From Takakia lepidozioides (taxonomy: Eukaryota; Plantae; Bryophyta), in assembly GCA_030704615.1 (NCBI GenBank), contig JAKLZA010000010.1:1-64000 (forward strand): DNA of 64,000 nucleotides, read 5' to 3'. The notes beneath the pieces were generated by a model, which had not been told where the DNA came from, made no database searches, and worked only from the letters and a program-made list of their open reading frames with translations. Positions 1 to 11,678 of this stretch are shown here, piece by piece. Every line of letters starts with the position of its first letter. The stretch's first letter is position 1. The position numbers and the translations under genes are program-made.

Positions 1-1
1 C

Positions 2-1129
2 CCGTTGTTGGCCAGCAAATGAAGGGAGAGACCCCTGCATTTGAGGTCCTCTCTGCCCTTCCCTGAGCTTCACCTGAGCCCCCTTGTTGCCTTGAGCACG
101 TTGAGGTAGTGGTTGGCTAGGAGCACCACTACCCCGTGGTGTCTCCTTAGCAAATCCCACCATGACCACTCGTTCCTCCACCATGTTGAGCTCTATCCGC
201 TCTGCCAGCAAAAACACATTTGCTAAGGTGGGTTGGGCCGCTTGTAGGAGAGTTGCATCCCGCACCCTTCTCCTCAGCTCCTTGTCCAATATCCCATACC
301 AGAATTGGACTGCCTGAGCTTCCGTAACCCCTTGGGTTACATTTATCAAGCGCCTCATGCGAGTGAAAGCCTCCCTCAAGCTCTCGGTCGGCTTCCGTTG
401 GAACTCTTGCAAGCTCCGCAACTTCTCTGTCCTCACCCCTTGGTAGTTCCCTCTCAACTCTTCGAAGAACTCCACAACAGGGTTGAAGGCAGGCACGGGT
501 GCTAGTGCTGGTGCGGTAGTGGCTTGGGTGGACGTCGTAGCTACTGTACCACCAGTCCCACTGCTGCTTGATGAAGCTGCCGGTGCAGCGGCAGGTGTAG
601 CCACTGCCCTCGTGGCTCTAGTGCCCCTAGTGATGGAGACATAGTCGGGTGACCAGTACATCCTCCACTCCTCGATCTCAACCTCATGCCCCCGCCTGAA
701 CTCATGGTAATCATCCATAGGCGGCCCCTCAAGGTGCTGAAACAGCCCTTTCCATGCCATGAACGGCGTAAATAGTTGTGGATTGCGCATTTGCTGCAAA
801 TCACACCAACTATCAAACTCTTGGATAAAATCATCCAACTCAATGGTGCCCACCGCCCTAGAGTACCTTCGTGGCCCCTTGGTAGCTCCATACATCTCCT
901 CCATTGTGTCCCACAATAATGGCAAAGAAACAACTTGCACCGCCGGTATGAGCCCTCCTGATTCACAATCCGAATCAGAACCTTCCGTGGAAGACACAGG
1001 AGGTGAAGGTGGCCTAAACCGCACACCTCGTCTCGTGTACCGACTAGTATCGCTAGTGCTCGAACCGGCACTGTCCCCAGCAACTAGTGGCACCTCTGTG
1101 TTGACACTCAACCGGTCATGAACATGTCC
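2..1129 (-). CDS. gag: Gag (capsid) of family A Ty3/Gypsy element; runs off the left edge of the window
   Basis: Not in the ORF track (open-ended). Manual translation is stop-free from 1129 to 2, first ATG at 904: ...ELDDFIQEFDSWCD...LQEFQRKPTESLREAFTRMRRLI...QFWYGILDKELRRRV... It ends in LREGQRGPQMQGSLPSFAGQQR, matching the start of ORF 5143; bases 1-67 are the reverse complement of ~5149-5215. Confidence 0.85.
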
Positions 1130-1374
1130 CTAACCCCCTCTCCACAAGGTAACCGGGTAGAGAACCTGTTGCGGCTTATGGTTTGGAATACTAAGTTCCT
1201 AACATAGCCTACACCTGAACTTGCATGACCATGGGAATATCATGAAGATACTCCTCAAACCGCCCTCCACGAGCTTCAAAATTTGGCCTTCCAGACCACA
1301 TGCCAGTCCTTAGTCCACCAGTGCCTCCACGAGTCAGCACAGGCCATCCACAGGTCAACACGGGCCACCACAGA

Positions 1375-3460
1375 CCAGCACAGGCCCACACAGCTCACTG
1401 GTCACAGCCGTCACAGTCCCACAGGCCACTGGGCACAGCCTGTCACAGCCCCTCACAGCTCGTCACAGCCTCAAAGGCCTCAGGCACAGCTAGTCACAGC
1501 CCCTCACAGCCCGTCACAGCCCCAAAGGCCTCAGGCGCGGCCCCTCACAGCCCCTCACAGCCCCAAAGGCCATGGGCACGGCCTGTCACAGCCCCTCACA
1601 GCCCGTCACAGCCTCAAAGGCCTCAGGCACGGCCTGTCACAGCCCATCACAGCCCCAAAGGCCTCAGGCACGGCCTGTCACAGCCCCTCACAGCCCGTCA
1701 CAGCCCCAAAGGCCTCAGGCGCGGCCTGTCACAGCCCGTCACAGCCCCAAAGGCCATGGGCACGGCCTGTCACAGCCCCTCACAGCCCCTCACAGCCTCA
1801 AAGGCCTCAGGCACGGCCTGTCACAGCCCCTCACAGCCCGTCACAGCCCCAAAGGCCATGGGCACGGCCCGTCACAGCCCGTCACAGCCTCAAAGGCCTC
1901 AGGCACGGCCTGTCACAGCCCATCACAGCCCCAAAGGCCTCAGGCACAGCCTGTCACAGCCTGTCACAGCCCATCACAGCCCCAAAGGCCTCAGGCGCGG
2001 CCTGTCACAGCCCCTCACAGCCCGTCACAGCCCCAAAGGCCATGGGCACGGCCTGTCACAGCCCCTCACAGCCCGTCACAGCCTCAAAGGCCTCAGGCAC
2101 GGCCTGTCACAGCCCCTCACAGCCCCTCACAGCCCCTCACAGCCTCAAAGGCCTCAGGCACGGCCTGTCACAGCCCCTCACAGCCCGTCACAACCCCAAA
2201 GGCCTCAGGCACGGCCTGTCACAGCCCCTCACAGCCCATCACAGCCCCAAAGGCCTCAGGCACGGCCTGTCACAGCCCCTCACAGCCCGTCACAGCCTCA
2301 AAGGCCTCAGGCACGGCCTGTCACAGCCCCTCTCAGCTCGTCACAGCCCCAAAGGCCTCAGGCACGGCCTGTCACAGCCCCTCACAGCCCGTCACAGCCC
2401 CAAAGGCCTCAGGCACGGCCTGTCACAGCCCCTCTCAGCCCGTCACAGCCCCAAAGGCCTCGGGCACGGCCTGTCACAGCCCCTCACAGCCCGTCACAGC
2501 CCCAAAGGCCATGGGCACGGCCTGTCACAGCCCGTCACAGCCCGTCACAGCCGCAAAGGCCTCAGGCACGGCCTGTCACAGCCCCACAGGCCTCAGGGCA
2601 CAGCCCATCACAGCCCCAAAGGCCACTGGGCACAGCCTGTCACAGCCTGACACAGCCCGTCACAGCCCCACAGGGCACAGGGCACAGCCTGTCACAGCCC
2701 ATCACAGCCTCAAAGGCCTCAGGCACGGCCTGTCACAGCCCCTCACAGCCCATCACAGCCCCAAAGGCCATGGGCACAGCCCGTCACAGCCCCACAGGCC
2801 TCGGGGCACAGCCTGTCACAGCCCCGCACAGCCCGTCACAGCCCCAAAAGGCCACTGGGCACAGCCTGTCACAGCCTGACACAGCCCGTCACAGCCCCAC
2901 AGGGCACAGGGCACAGCCTGTCACAGCTTGCCACAGCCTGTCACAGCCCGTCACAGCCCGTCACAGCCGCAAAGGCCTCAGGCACGGCCTGTCACAGCCC
3001 CTCACAGCCCATCACAGCCCCAAAGGCCATGGGCACAGCCTGTCACAGCCCGTCACAGCCCCACAGGCCTCAGGGCACAGCCTGTCACAGCCCCGCACAG
3101 CCCGTCACAGCCCGTCACAGCCCCACAGGGCACAGGGCACAGCCTATCACAGCCCATCACAGCCCATCACAGCCTCAAAGGCCTCAGGCACGGCCTATCA
3201 CAGCCCCTTACAGCCCATCACAGCCCCAAAGGCCATGGGCACAGCCTGTCACAGCCCGTCACAGCCCCACAGGCCTCAGGGCACAGCCTGTCACAGCCCC
3301 GCACAGCCCGTCACAGCCCCGAAAGGCCACTGGGCACAGCCTGTCACAGCCTGACACAGCCCGTCACAGCCCCACAGGGCACAGGGCACAGCCTGTCACA
3401 GCCCATCACAGCCTGTCACAGCTTGCCACAGCCCGTCACAGCCCGTCACAGCCCCACACA
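1375..3460. repeat. Tandem array of 10-bp TCACAGCCC(G/C/A) units with higher-order ~40-50 bp units (CCAAAGGCCTCAGGCACGGCCTG) in the family A 5' leader
   Basis: Directly visible; lies upstream of the minus-strand gag. Confidence 0.95.
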
Positions 3461-4645
3461 TGGCCGCTCTGGCAGTTTAGCCATTTCTCCAAGGGGTTTA
3501 GCCACGCCAAGCTAGGGTTTGTGTCTCTTGGACTCTAGGCTTCTTTCCACCGAGCTATGGTGGCTGTGAGGAAATCAGCAAGGTATCCTTGCTCTTTCGG
3601 CTCCCACACACCACCATAGTAGCCCTAAGCCATGAGGTGGTTGCCACAAACCAAGCCTTCTTTCTCACTTAGCCTACCCAAACATGCCACTAAACTCAAT
3701 GGCAAACAACCAAGCCCTGCTGGTTCCCAGCCCTTGTGAGCACTCATTCAAGCACTCTCCTTGGCCATAGCATCTGTCTTAGAGCCTCGTCCAGCCCCCT
3801 ACACCTGCTGCTTCAAGAGTTGCGCTCCCTTCAAGCTTGAAGTTGAAACCCCAACTCAAATAGGCCCTACAAGTGCTTTTCTTTCACTCCAAGTGGAAAC
3901 CAGCCCTAGACCTTCCGTTCTAGCTCTCTAAAGCTTGAAAACAAGAGCCTCAATGGGCTGAAGGCATGCTCCAGACATGCCCCACTCTCACCATAAAAGA
4001 ATCAGCTCCTTTGCTTCATTTCTTGCACCCACAAACCTGAAAATACAAGCTTCAGCATGCTGAAAGCATGCTCCACATGCCCTACAGGGAAACCAGCCCC
4101 TTCCTTCCTTTCTTGCACTCCCACACCTGAAAGTGCAAGCCTTCACCAGGCTGATAGCATGCTCCACACATGCATTGCCCTCACATAAGGGAAGTCAGCC
4201 CTTCCTCTTCCTTGCTTGCCCTCCAAGCTTGAAGATGGAAGCTCAATGAGCTGAATACATGCTCCACACATGCAACCTCTTCACACAAGAGATATCAGCC
4301 CCCTATCTTGGCTCCTTGGCTCCTTGATGCTCTCTAAGACAAGACTAAGCACTCCATAGCCTTTGCCAAGCTCCTGAAACCCTAAGGCTTACATTTCCAG
4401 CCACAAGACACTTCTCTTGTGGTGCAAGAGCTCTTCTTCCAAGCTCTGTAACCCTAGGTGCACATTCCATGGCCTTGCCGCACCTCTTAGCTCCTGTTCC
4501 AGCCCTGCTCTCGCCATGACAAGAGCCCTCTCAATGCTGAAGCTCGAGATTGAAACCCAATCTCACCATACTCCACAAAGTGCACTGATTTGCCCCAAGC
4601 CAAATCAGCCCTTTCGCTTGGTCTTGCAATCCTTCACACAATGAC

Positions 4646-5152
4646 AGCTCGCATTCCCAAGTCCAGTTCTCAGCTTTGCCACCAAAGCCACTATAACCTG
4701 CTCTTGACTGGTCCTCTTCCCAATCGTGCTTGCTCATGCATGTACACAATCTGAAACCATCAAGGTGCTCTGGAATTACCTACAGTATGGTGCTTTCATC
4801 TCTGAAGCTGAAGATCGAATGCCAAGGTTTACCACCTCGTAACCCACATCGCCTCCACTTCTAACAACCAAGAGCTCCACGGTGCTCCTTGCATAACAAC
4901 TTGGTTTATCTCATTCTCAAGCAAAAACCACAAGTGCTACAACTAACTCGTATCTAGCACTCATAGATACGAGCTCATCTTTCTCGAGTGATAAAGAAGA
5001 AGAATACAAGCACAAGCTCATGCGAACTCACAAAGCTGAAGCATAAACTCATGCATATATAACCTCATCACTCAAATACAAGTCAAGCCAAGTGCACCCC
5101 ACGCCATGGGGAATCCACACTACGGCGCCATAGCTAGGCGCGGTGAGGCTCA
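4646..5152. repeat. 507-bp direct repeat, copy 1 (LTR/terminal sequence of family A)
   Basis: Matches 11686-12192 with 3 substitutions seen by eye. Confidence 0.92.
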
Positions 5153-8100
5153 GGGAAGGGCAGAGAGGACCTCAAATGCAGGGGTCTCTCCCTTCATTTG
5201 CTGGCCAACAACGGGCGGATGTGGTGTGCTGGACATGTGGAGGACCCCATGTCAAGAAGGATTGCCCAGAGGGAGGCAAAGGGTCGGCACATGCACAGCC
5301 TGCACAGTTGCAGTGTGGGCATTGTGGCAAGCACGGGCATGGAGAGGCCCAGTGTTATAGTTTGCATCCTGAGTTGCGCCCAGGCCAGTTCCAAGGGAAC
5401 AATGGTGGCCGGGGGCGAGGTGGAGCAGCCCAGAGAGGACAAGGTGGCCAGCCACGAGGTGCAGGCCAAGGGCAAGCTCAACGTGGCCAAGGACGCGGAG
5501 GTCAGGGTGTTGACCAAGGCATGGCCAACCGGCTTCAGCAGCTAGAGCAGAGGCTCGCTGCCATGGCTACAGCTCAGGTGGTACCGGCTCTAAGGCCGGA
5601 TGGTCCACCTCCTGCTCCTGAGGGAGGAGATATGGGAGGCATGGGATTCATGTGTGGAGCAGCACTACCACTAGTGCAGGTGGAGTCTGCTGCAGCCGTG
5701 ACTCGAGGAGCAGCACGAGTTCCTGAGCCACGAGGTGCAGAGGTGGAGTTGGATCCACAGCGTGGGGAGGCAAGCCGTCAGGCTAGGCTTCCTCAGTCAT
5801 TCACATTGGCGGAGACAGTGTCGACGCCACCCATGGCACCTAGTTCTCGCCCGACTATTACCGAGGCGGAGGTTACTATGCCATTGGGGAGAGCTACACG
5901 GGCAGCACCACTACCTAGTGTTGCCAAGGCTACGGCAGCTAGTGTGTTGTTAGGAGCGGCCACATCTGTGTGCCAGGCTCCATTGTTCTCGGCTACCATG
6001 ATTGCGACGCCGGGGATAAGACCAGCTGAGGTGTTCAGGCTGGCAGCTACACTCTGTGAGAGTGGGGAGGTTACTTCATCTTCTGCAGAGATAGTGGGAG
6101 GTGTAGTGCCGGAGGGATCCTCGGATTTGAGGGTCAAGACTGCCACGGCGGCGCCATGGCAAGCTGCAGCTGCCAGGTTGATGGAGTTGCCAGCTAGGCC
6201 AGCCATTGAGCGCGCCATGGTGACACTTGGAGTTGTCATGTTAGACAACCAGGATGGCATTTTCTGTTTGAGTGGACCGGCAGGCAAGAGGTACCGGCCA
6301 CTGCGAGTCTTGTTGGACTCGGGAGCTCAGCCACTGATGCTGGGCAGAGCTGCTATTGCAGGCTTGGGCCTCACGGAGGCGGATATGGAGCCTTGTCCTT
6401 TCCAGATACAGACGTCTCTGGGAGGATCAGAGCAGGCTCGGGGCATGACACGGCATGAGTTGGCTATCAGACTACGGCCGGATCACCCTACAGATGGCTC
6501 AATGATGCGAGCCAAGGCCATTGTGACAGACGCAGTCTCATACGATGTCCTGGTTGGTGGGGCAGTGTTGTACCCCATGGGCTTCACCCTGGATTTTTGG
6601 GAGGAGTCAGCTTCCTATAGGCCTGCATGGCAGTCAGGGGAGGGCCGGCATGTGCAGCTCCCTGTGACGTTCATAGGAGGAGTTGCGGTTGCCCAGCGAG
6701 GCAAGATGCCGACACTAGCAGCATTCACAGCGGCAGTGAGTTGGCCTAGAGAGTTGCTTGAGGGCAATGCTCATTCAGAGGATGTACAACCTCCGGGAGA
6801 GCAGGATGACATGTATGGTATGGCGGAGTTGCCTACCATGGTTGCTCAGACTCCATTGTGGGGCACGAGCAAGGATTTGCAGCGGGATGCTGATCGACGG
6901 GTGCAACAAGCCTGGGTGGAGGCTTTTGTACCGTCAGGAGAGGAGGAGAGTGTGGGGATTGCACCAGGACCACCTCAATTGTCTCCATTGGACACCACAC
7001 CTATTGTGTGGCAGTCTCCGGATGAAGGCATTTGTCTTCTGGACTTGTTTGGCGGGATCAGCACCGGATTGGCTGCTGTGTTACAGGCAGGTGTACGAGT
7101 TCGGCGTTACCTGTATGTGGAGAGGGATGAGACTGCACGACGCGTTTCACTTCGCCATGTTGCTCAATTGGTGCAGCGGTACCCTGAGTTGTTGTCGGTG
7201 TCTGCAATTCGTGGATATCAGCAGGCCTTGCCAGCAGACATTTCGTTGCTGGGGGCGCAGGATTTGGAGCGGGTTGGCTCCATTGATCTGGTAGTGGCAG
7301 GTTGGCCCTGCCAAGGGCATTCATCAGCCGGGCATGGCAATGGATTGCAAGACTCGAGGTCGGGTCTGTTTTGGGAGATGGTGCGGGTTTTGCGCCACTT
7401 GCAGCTTCATCAAGCTGTATCTCCAGCATACATCTTGGAGAATGTGCCACTGATGGGCGATTCTCGGGCCAGGGTGATGGCCAGTGTGCATCAAGTCCGG
7501 TCGTGGCTTGGGTCAAAAGTGTTGCTAGATGCAGCTACAGTGGGGTCACGGGCTCATCGTCCACGGCTATGGTGGACTAACATGATGCCACCCGCACTGC
7601 TCAAGCGTGCATTTGATGGGGTGCAGCGGCCAGCACATCTCACAGTGGATAACATTCTAGACACAGGGAGGCAGTCTCAACGTGTGAGACACGATGACCG
7701 TTCGCCTTTGGCAGTGGTCAACAAGGTGGGTCAACCACGAGCAGCATTACCTACACTGCTCAGGATCGCATGCTTTCCGGGATAGTGGACCTGGCCTCCT
7801 GCGGGATGCTCAGTTGCAGCAGTTAGTGGAGCCTAATGCTGACGAGCGTGAGCGGGCAATGGGTTTTACCACTGGTACCACGGCGGTGTCGTCTCTTTCT
7901 GAGGCATCACGTCGTCAAGTGTTGGGGCAAGCAATGGATCTCAATTGCTTGACCTGGATTATCAGCTTGGCTCTAGCTGAGCAACGCAGAGTGCGGAATA
8001 CACTTCCTTCAATGGTCTCTCTGCCTACCGAGACGGTACAGGCAGTGAGTGGGGGCGAGCATATGAGGACCACGGGGTGCATGCATCCATGGCACACGTG

Positions 8101-8269
8101 GGAGGTGCTCGAGGTTCAGAGGGAGTTGGCAGCCAAGGCGGCTGTGATGGATGAGGTTGGGGATTCTTCTCGAGTTGAGGAGGTCCTCAAGGATGAGATG
8201 ATGGGGCAGGATGATGCCTTGTCATTGACTGAGCAGGTAGGGAGTACTGCTCAAGAGGTTGCAGCATAG
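5143..8269 (+). pseudogene. Gag C-terminus (2 CCHC knuckles) - aspartic protease - C5 cytosine DNA methyltransferase; one frameshift at ~7762
   Basis: CWTCGGPHVKKDC and CGHCGKHGHGEAQC knuckles; protease VLLDSGA...YDVLVG; then the DNMT domain. ORFs 5143-7785 and 7694-8269 are joined by a small deletion relative to copy A2. Confidence 0.9.
7030..7980 (+). other. DNMT3-like cytosine-5 methyltransferase catalytic domain
   Basis: Motif I LDLFGGI (~7039), II YVERD, III DI, IV DLVVAGWPCQG (catalytic Cys 7309-7311), V SGLFWE, VI ILENV (7438), VIII AHRPRLWWTN (7558), IX ERERAMGF, X RRQVLGQAMD (~7922), all in canonical order. Confidence 0.93.
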
Positions 8270-8275
8270 CAACCA
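8267..8275 (+). promoter_or_regulatory. Putative leaky stop / read-through signal TAG CAA CCA
   Basis: In frame with upstream DNMT and downstream RT; matches UAG-CAR-YYA; identical in copy A2 (40365-40357, -). Confidence 0.65.
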
Positions 8276-11200
8276 CGGGACGCGTCCTCTACCTCTAAGC
8301 CCACTGGACTTAAGGTTGTAGTTACGGAGGACAATTGGGAGCCTGACATTGGACCCATTGTCACCGGAGGAGAGAGACGACGTATACGGCGGTTCCTGAG
8401 GGCTTACAGGAATTGCTTTGCCTTCAGTTTGAAGGACTTGGGAGCACTGAAGGGTCAAGAGATCCGTATTGAGTTGGCCACTGACACGCCAATCTTTCGG
8501 AGACCCTATAGATACAGTGACATGGAGAGGTCTTTGATTCAGATGAGGACTCAAGATCTCTGGGAGGCAGGTTTGGTGGAGCTCTCTGGTGGAGAGTATG
8601 CTTCAGCCACAGTGATGCCAGCCAAGAAGGATGTCTATGGCAATTGGACGGAGAGACGTATGTGCGGTGATTACCGGCCTGTAAATCGTCAGACCAAGTC
8701 CGATAAGTATGCCATGCCAACACCAGAGGAGATCTTTGATGCCATCGGGCATGCTAAGGCCTTTAGCACTTTGGATTTACGATCCGGATATCACCAGTTG
8801 CCAATCAAGGAGGCGGACAAGCAGAAGACGGCATTCTGGGGGATCAATGAGCACGGCAAGGATTGCCTATATCAGTGGCGGTTCTTACCATTTGGGCTTA
8901 AGAATGCTCCTGCAGAGTTTCAGAGAGTCATGGATAGGATTCTAGCAGGGGTGGACTTTGCTCGGTGCTACATAGATAACATCATCATCTTTAGTGTTAC
9001 GATGGAGGAGCATGAGAGACACCTTCAGGTGGTATTGGAGCGCTTGAGAGCGCACGGATTGAAGTTGCATCCGGGGAAGTGCAAGTTTTTCCACAACCAG
9101 ATTGAGTATCTGGGTCACATGATATATTCTGGAGGATTGGGGGTACAGCAGACTAAGGTAGAGGCCATTGCACAAATCCCACGCCCCACGGATGTGAGCC
9201 GAGTTCGAGCTTTCATGGGGTTGGCAAACTATTATAGACGGTTTGTCAAGGGATTTAGTACCATTGCAAAGGCTCTAACCAAGCTGACCAAGGTGGACCA
9301 GGAGTGGCAGTGGGAAGATGAGCAGGAACGAGCTTTTCAAGAGCTCAAGGCGAGGTTGACCTCGGCGCCTATCTTGAGACGACCTATCAGGGGGCGTCCC
9401 TTTCAGCTGCATACGGATTGGAGCATGCTGGGGCTTGGAGCGGTGCTCACACAGGTGGATGATGAGGGAAGAGAGTTCGTAGTGGCTTACGCTAGCCGCT
9501 CGAACAACGCTGCAGAGGCTAAGTACAGCTCATATGAGGGAGAGTGCTTAGCTGCAGTGTGGGCCGTGGCACACTTCAGGTGCTATCTATACGGCAATCT
9601 TTTCACCCTTGTCACGGATCACCAGCCACTCAAGTGGTTGATGGAGTCAGACAAGCTTACGGGGAAGCTTGCACGGTGGGCACTTATACTCCAGGAGTAT
9701 GACTTTCAGCTTGTGCATCGACCAGGTTTGGTCAATCGGGATGCGGATGGATTGAGTCGCAATCCATGCAGGAGCCAGCAGGATGACACTGGAGCTCGGT
9801 GGCATGGTGAGACGGACGAGGAGATGGTGCCGAGGAGATGGTGCCGGGATGGCACGCATCTGCATTTTTGTGTATCTTGGCATGGGGAGGTCATATTGGA
9901 CCTACAATAGGGATGACTGTAGACGGAGTGTCTGAGGACCCTGAGGCTAGTGATGAGCTAGGTGGTGCCAGAGATATACATGAGGATTCGGCTGTGTTGG
10001 ACTACCTCCGCACGGGAGACACGGCAGCCATTGTGACTGCCAGGGAGAGGGATCGGATCCTGCAACGAGCCAAGAGGTTCAAATGGGAGGGGATACACCT
10101 ACTTCGAGTGTGGGAGAGTGGTCGGGTGAGGATTGTGCCTCACCCCACACAGCGTGCACGGTTAGTGCGGCATGCCCATGAGGAGTTGGGGCATTTTGGA
10201 GTGCGACGCACTCACAGTTTACTGCAGGGGCAGTATTGGTGGCGTGGTATGCATACAGAGGTGCAACAGTTTGTGGCTAGGTGCATGGTGTGTGACAAGG
10301 TGCGTGCTTTGTTTAACGCCCCTACACCACAGTTGCATCCTTTACCTATCATGGGATTGGGCTACAGATGGAGTCTTGACTTCGCAGGACCGTTGCCACT
10401 GACTATGCGCCACCACAGATATGTGTTGGTGATGGTGGAGCACTTCTCCAAGTGGATTGAGTTGGTTCCATTGCCTGACAAGGCTAGTGAGGGGGCTGCG
10501 TATGCATTCTTGGATCGTGTGCTTAGCCGATTTGGTGCTCCAGCTGAGGTACTCACGGACCAAGGGAGAGAGTTCTTGGGGGAGTTTCAGGATTTGTGTG
10601 ATAAAGCCTTGATAGACCACCGCACCACTTCTCGGGATCATCCTGAGGCCGATGGCTTAGCAGAGAGAGTTGTTCAGACGGTGAAGAGGGGTTTGCGCAA
10701 GTATGGCTTGCAGAAGGGACACCTAGGAGATTGGGATCTTCAGGTTCCTTGGTTAGCCATGGGCTACAGGTTCAGCAAACAAGCATCACTTGCCTCCTTC
10801 TCACCATATTTCCTTCTCTTTGGCCGAGAGCCGGATTTGCCTGCAGCCATTCGTAGGGACACTGCTCAAGTCCTTAACCTTGACGATCCGGACGTGTGGG
10901 TACGTGCATGTGATCAGCATGCAGAGTTGGTCAAGAAAGTCATGCCCATGGCTTTTGAGAACCTTGCCATTGCACAGCACCGTGATACGTTGAGGTATGC
11001 CACTATACGTGGTGGAGGATATCGTCCTGGGGTTCGGAGGTTTAGCCCTGGTGACTATGTTTATTTGTAGCAGACTGCTCCTACGACTCTGGATGTTACT
11101 GCAGGGCGTGTTATTCTGAGGGTTCGAGAGGTGTTGCCCTCAGGGGTCCTGATCTTGGAGGGTCGGGATGGCATGACTTGGAAGGACCATGTGCGTAATT

Positions 11201-11418
11201 GTGCGCCATGTCACCTTCCCAATGTCGATGGCAGAGTTGACCCAAACTTGGCAGTGGTACCTGCAGGTTTGAGGTGCATGCTCTGTGGGTCTGCCAAAGG
11301 GGCAGCCACCATGCTGGTGTGTGATCGGTGCTCAAGGGGTTGGCATATGGGATGCTTGACACCACCTCTTGAGAAGGTTCCTGACGGAGATTGGTTGTGT
11401 CCACACTGCTTGGGATAG
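8270..11418 (+). pseudogene. pol: Pol: RT - RNase H - integrase - C-terminal PHD finger
   Basis: RT RMCGDYR, LPFGLKNAP, YIDN (YIDD in A2); RH LHTDWS, YEGECLA, TDH; INT H-H-C-C, WSLDF, TDQGREF, DGLAER. Lesions: 14-bp tandem duplication 9818-9845 (frameshift) and TAG at 11068 (CAG in A2). Confidence 0.95.
11275..11410 (+). other. PHD finger (C4HC3) fused to integrase C-terminus
   Basis: CMLCGSAKGAATMLVCDRCSRGWHMGCLTPPLEKVPDGDWLCPHC; in frame with integrase. Confidence 0.93.
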
Positions 11419-11667
11419 TGGCAGTGGACATGACTGGAGGCAGCTAACAAGACATGGGAGGCCAAGCTCATAGGAGTCAATACATGAGATCCCAAGCTCA
11501 AGTTCACAGGTTGCAAGACGGCGACTAACGATGGGGCAACTCTTGCACCCAGCCTCTTGATCTATCGAGTTTGAGTGTAGTAGGGATAGTGGTGGAGGAC
11601 TTAGTGAGGCTATGGTCACTATCACATCTTGTGGCTACCTGGACTTAGAGGGACCTAAGCACCAGCT

Positions 11668-11678
11668 AGGGGGGCGAT
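11668..11678 (+). promoter_or_regulatory. Polypurine tract of A1
   Basis: AGGGGGGCGAT directly followed by TGTG; A2 has GGGGGCGAT|TGTGG at the equivalent site (~36977-36969, -). Confidence 0.7.

Noticed and set aside
1283-3538. Long ORFs (455, 684, 435 aa)
   Set aside because: Open only because the repeat lacks stops on this strand; overlapping in all frames and antisense to gag.
4500-4520. Possible PBS for family A (TGTCA|TGGCGAGAGCAGGG, - strand)
   Set aside because: I could not assign it to a tRNA 3' end without a search, and the LTR boundary is uncertain.
7755-7790. Programmed frameshift in the DNMT
   Set aside because: No slippery site; A2 has extra bases (CTCAGCTTCCAGG), indicating an ~8-nt deletion between CAG repeats in A1.
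7030-7980. Bacterial restriction-modification methylase or host DNMT gene
   Set aside because: Intronless, in frame with gag/protease, present at the same position in two retroelement copies; no restriction partner.
11068-11076. Read-through stop before the PHD (TAG CAG ACT)
   Set aside because: A2 has CAG here and the context is not CAR-YYA, so it is a simple nonsense mutation.
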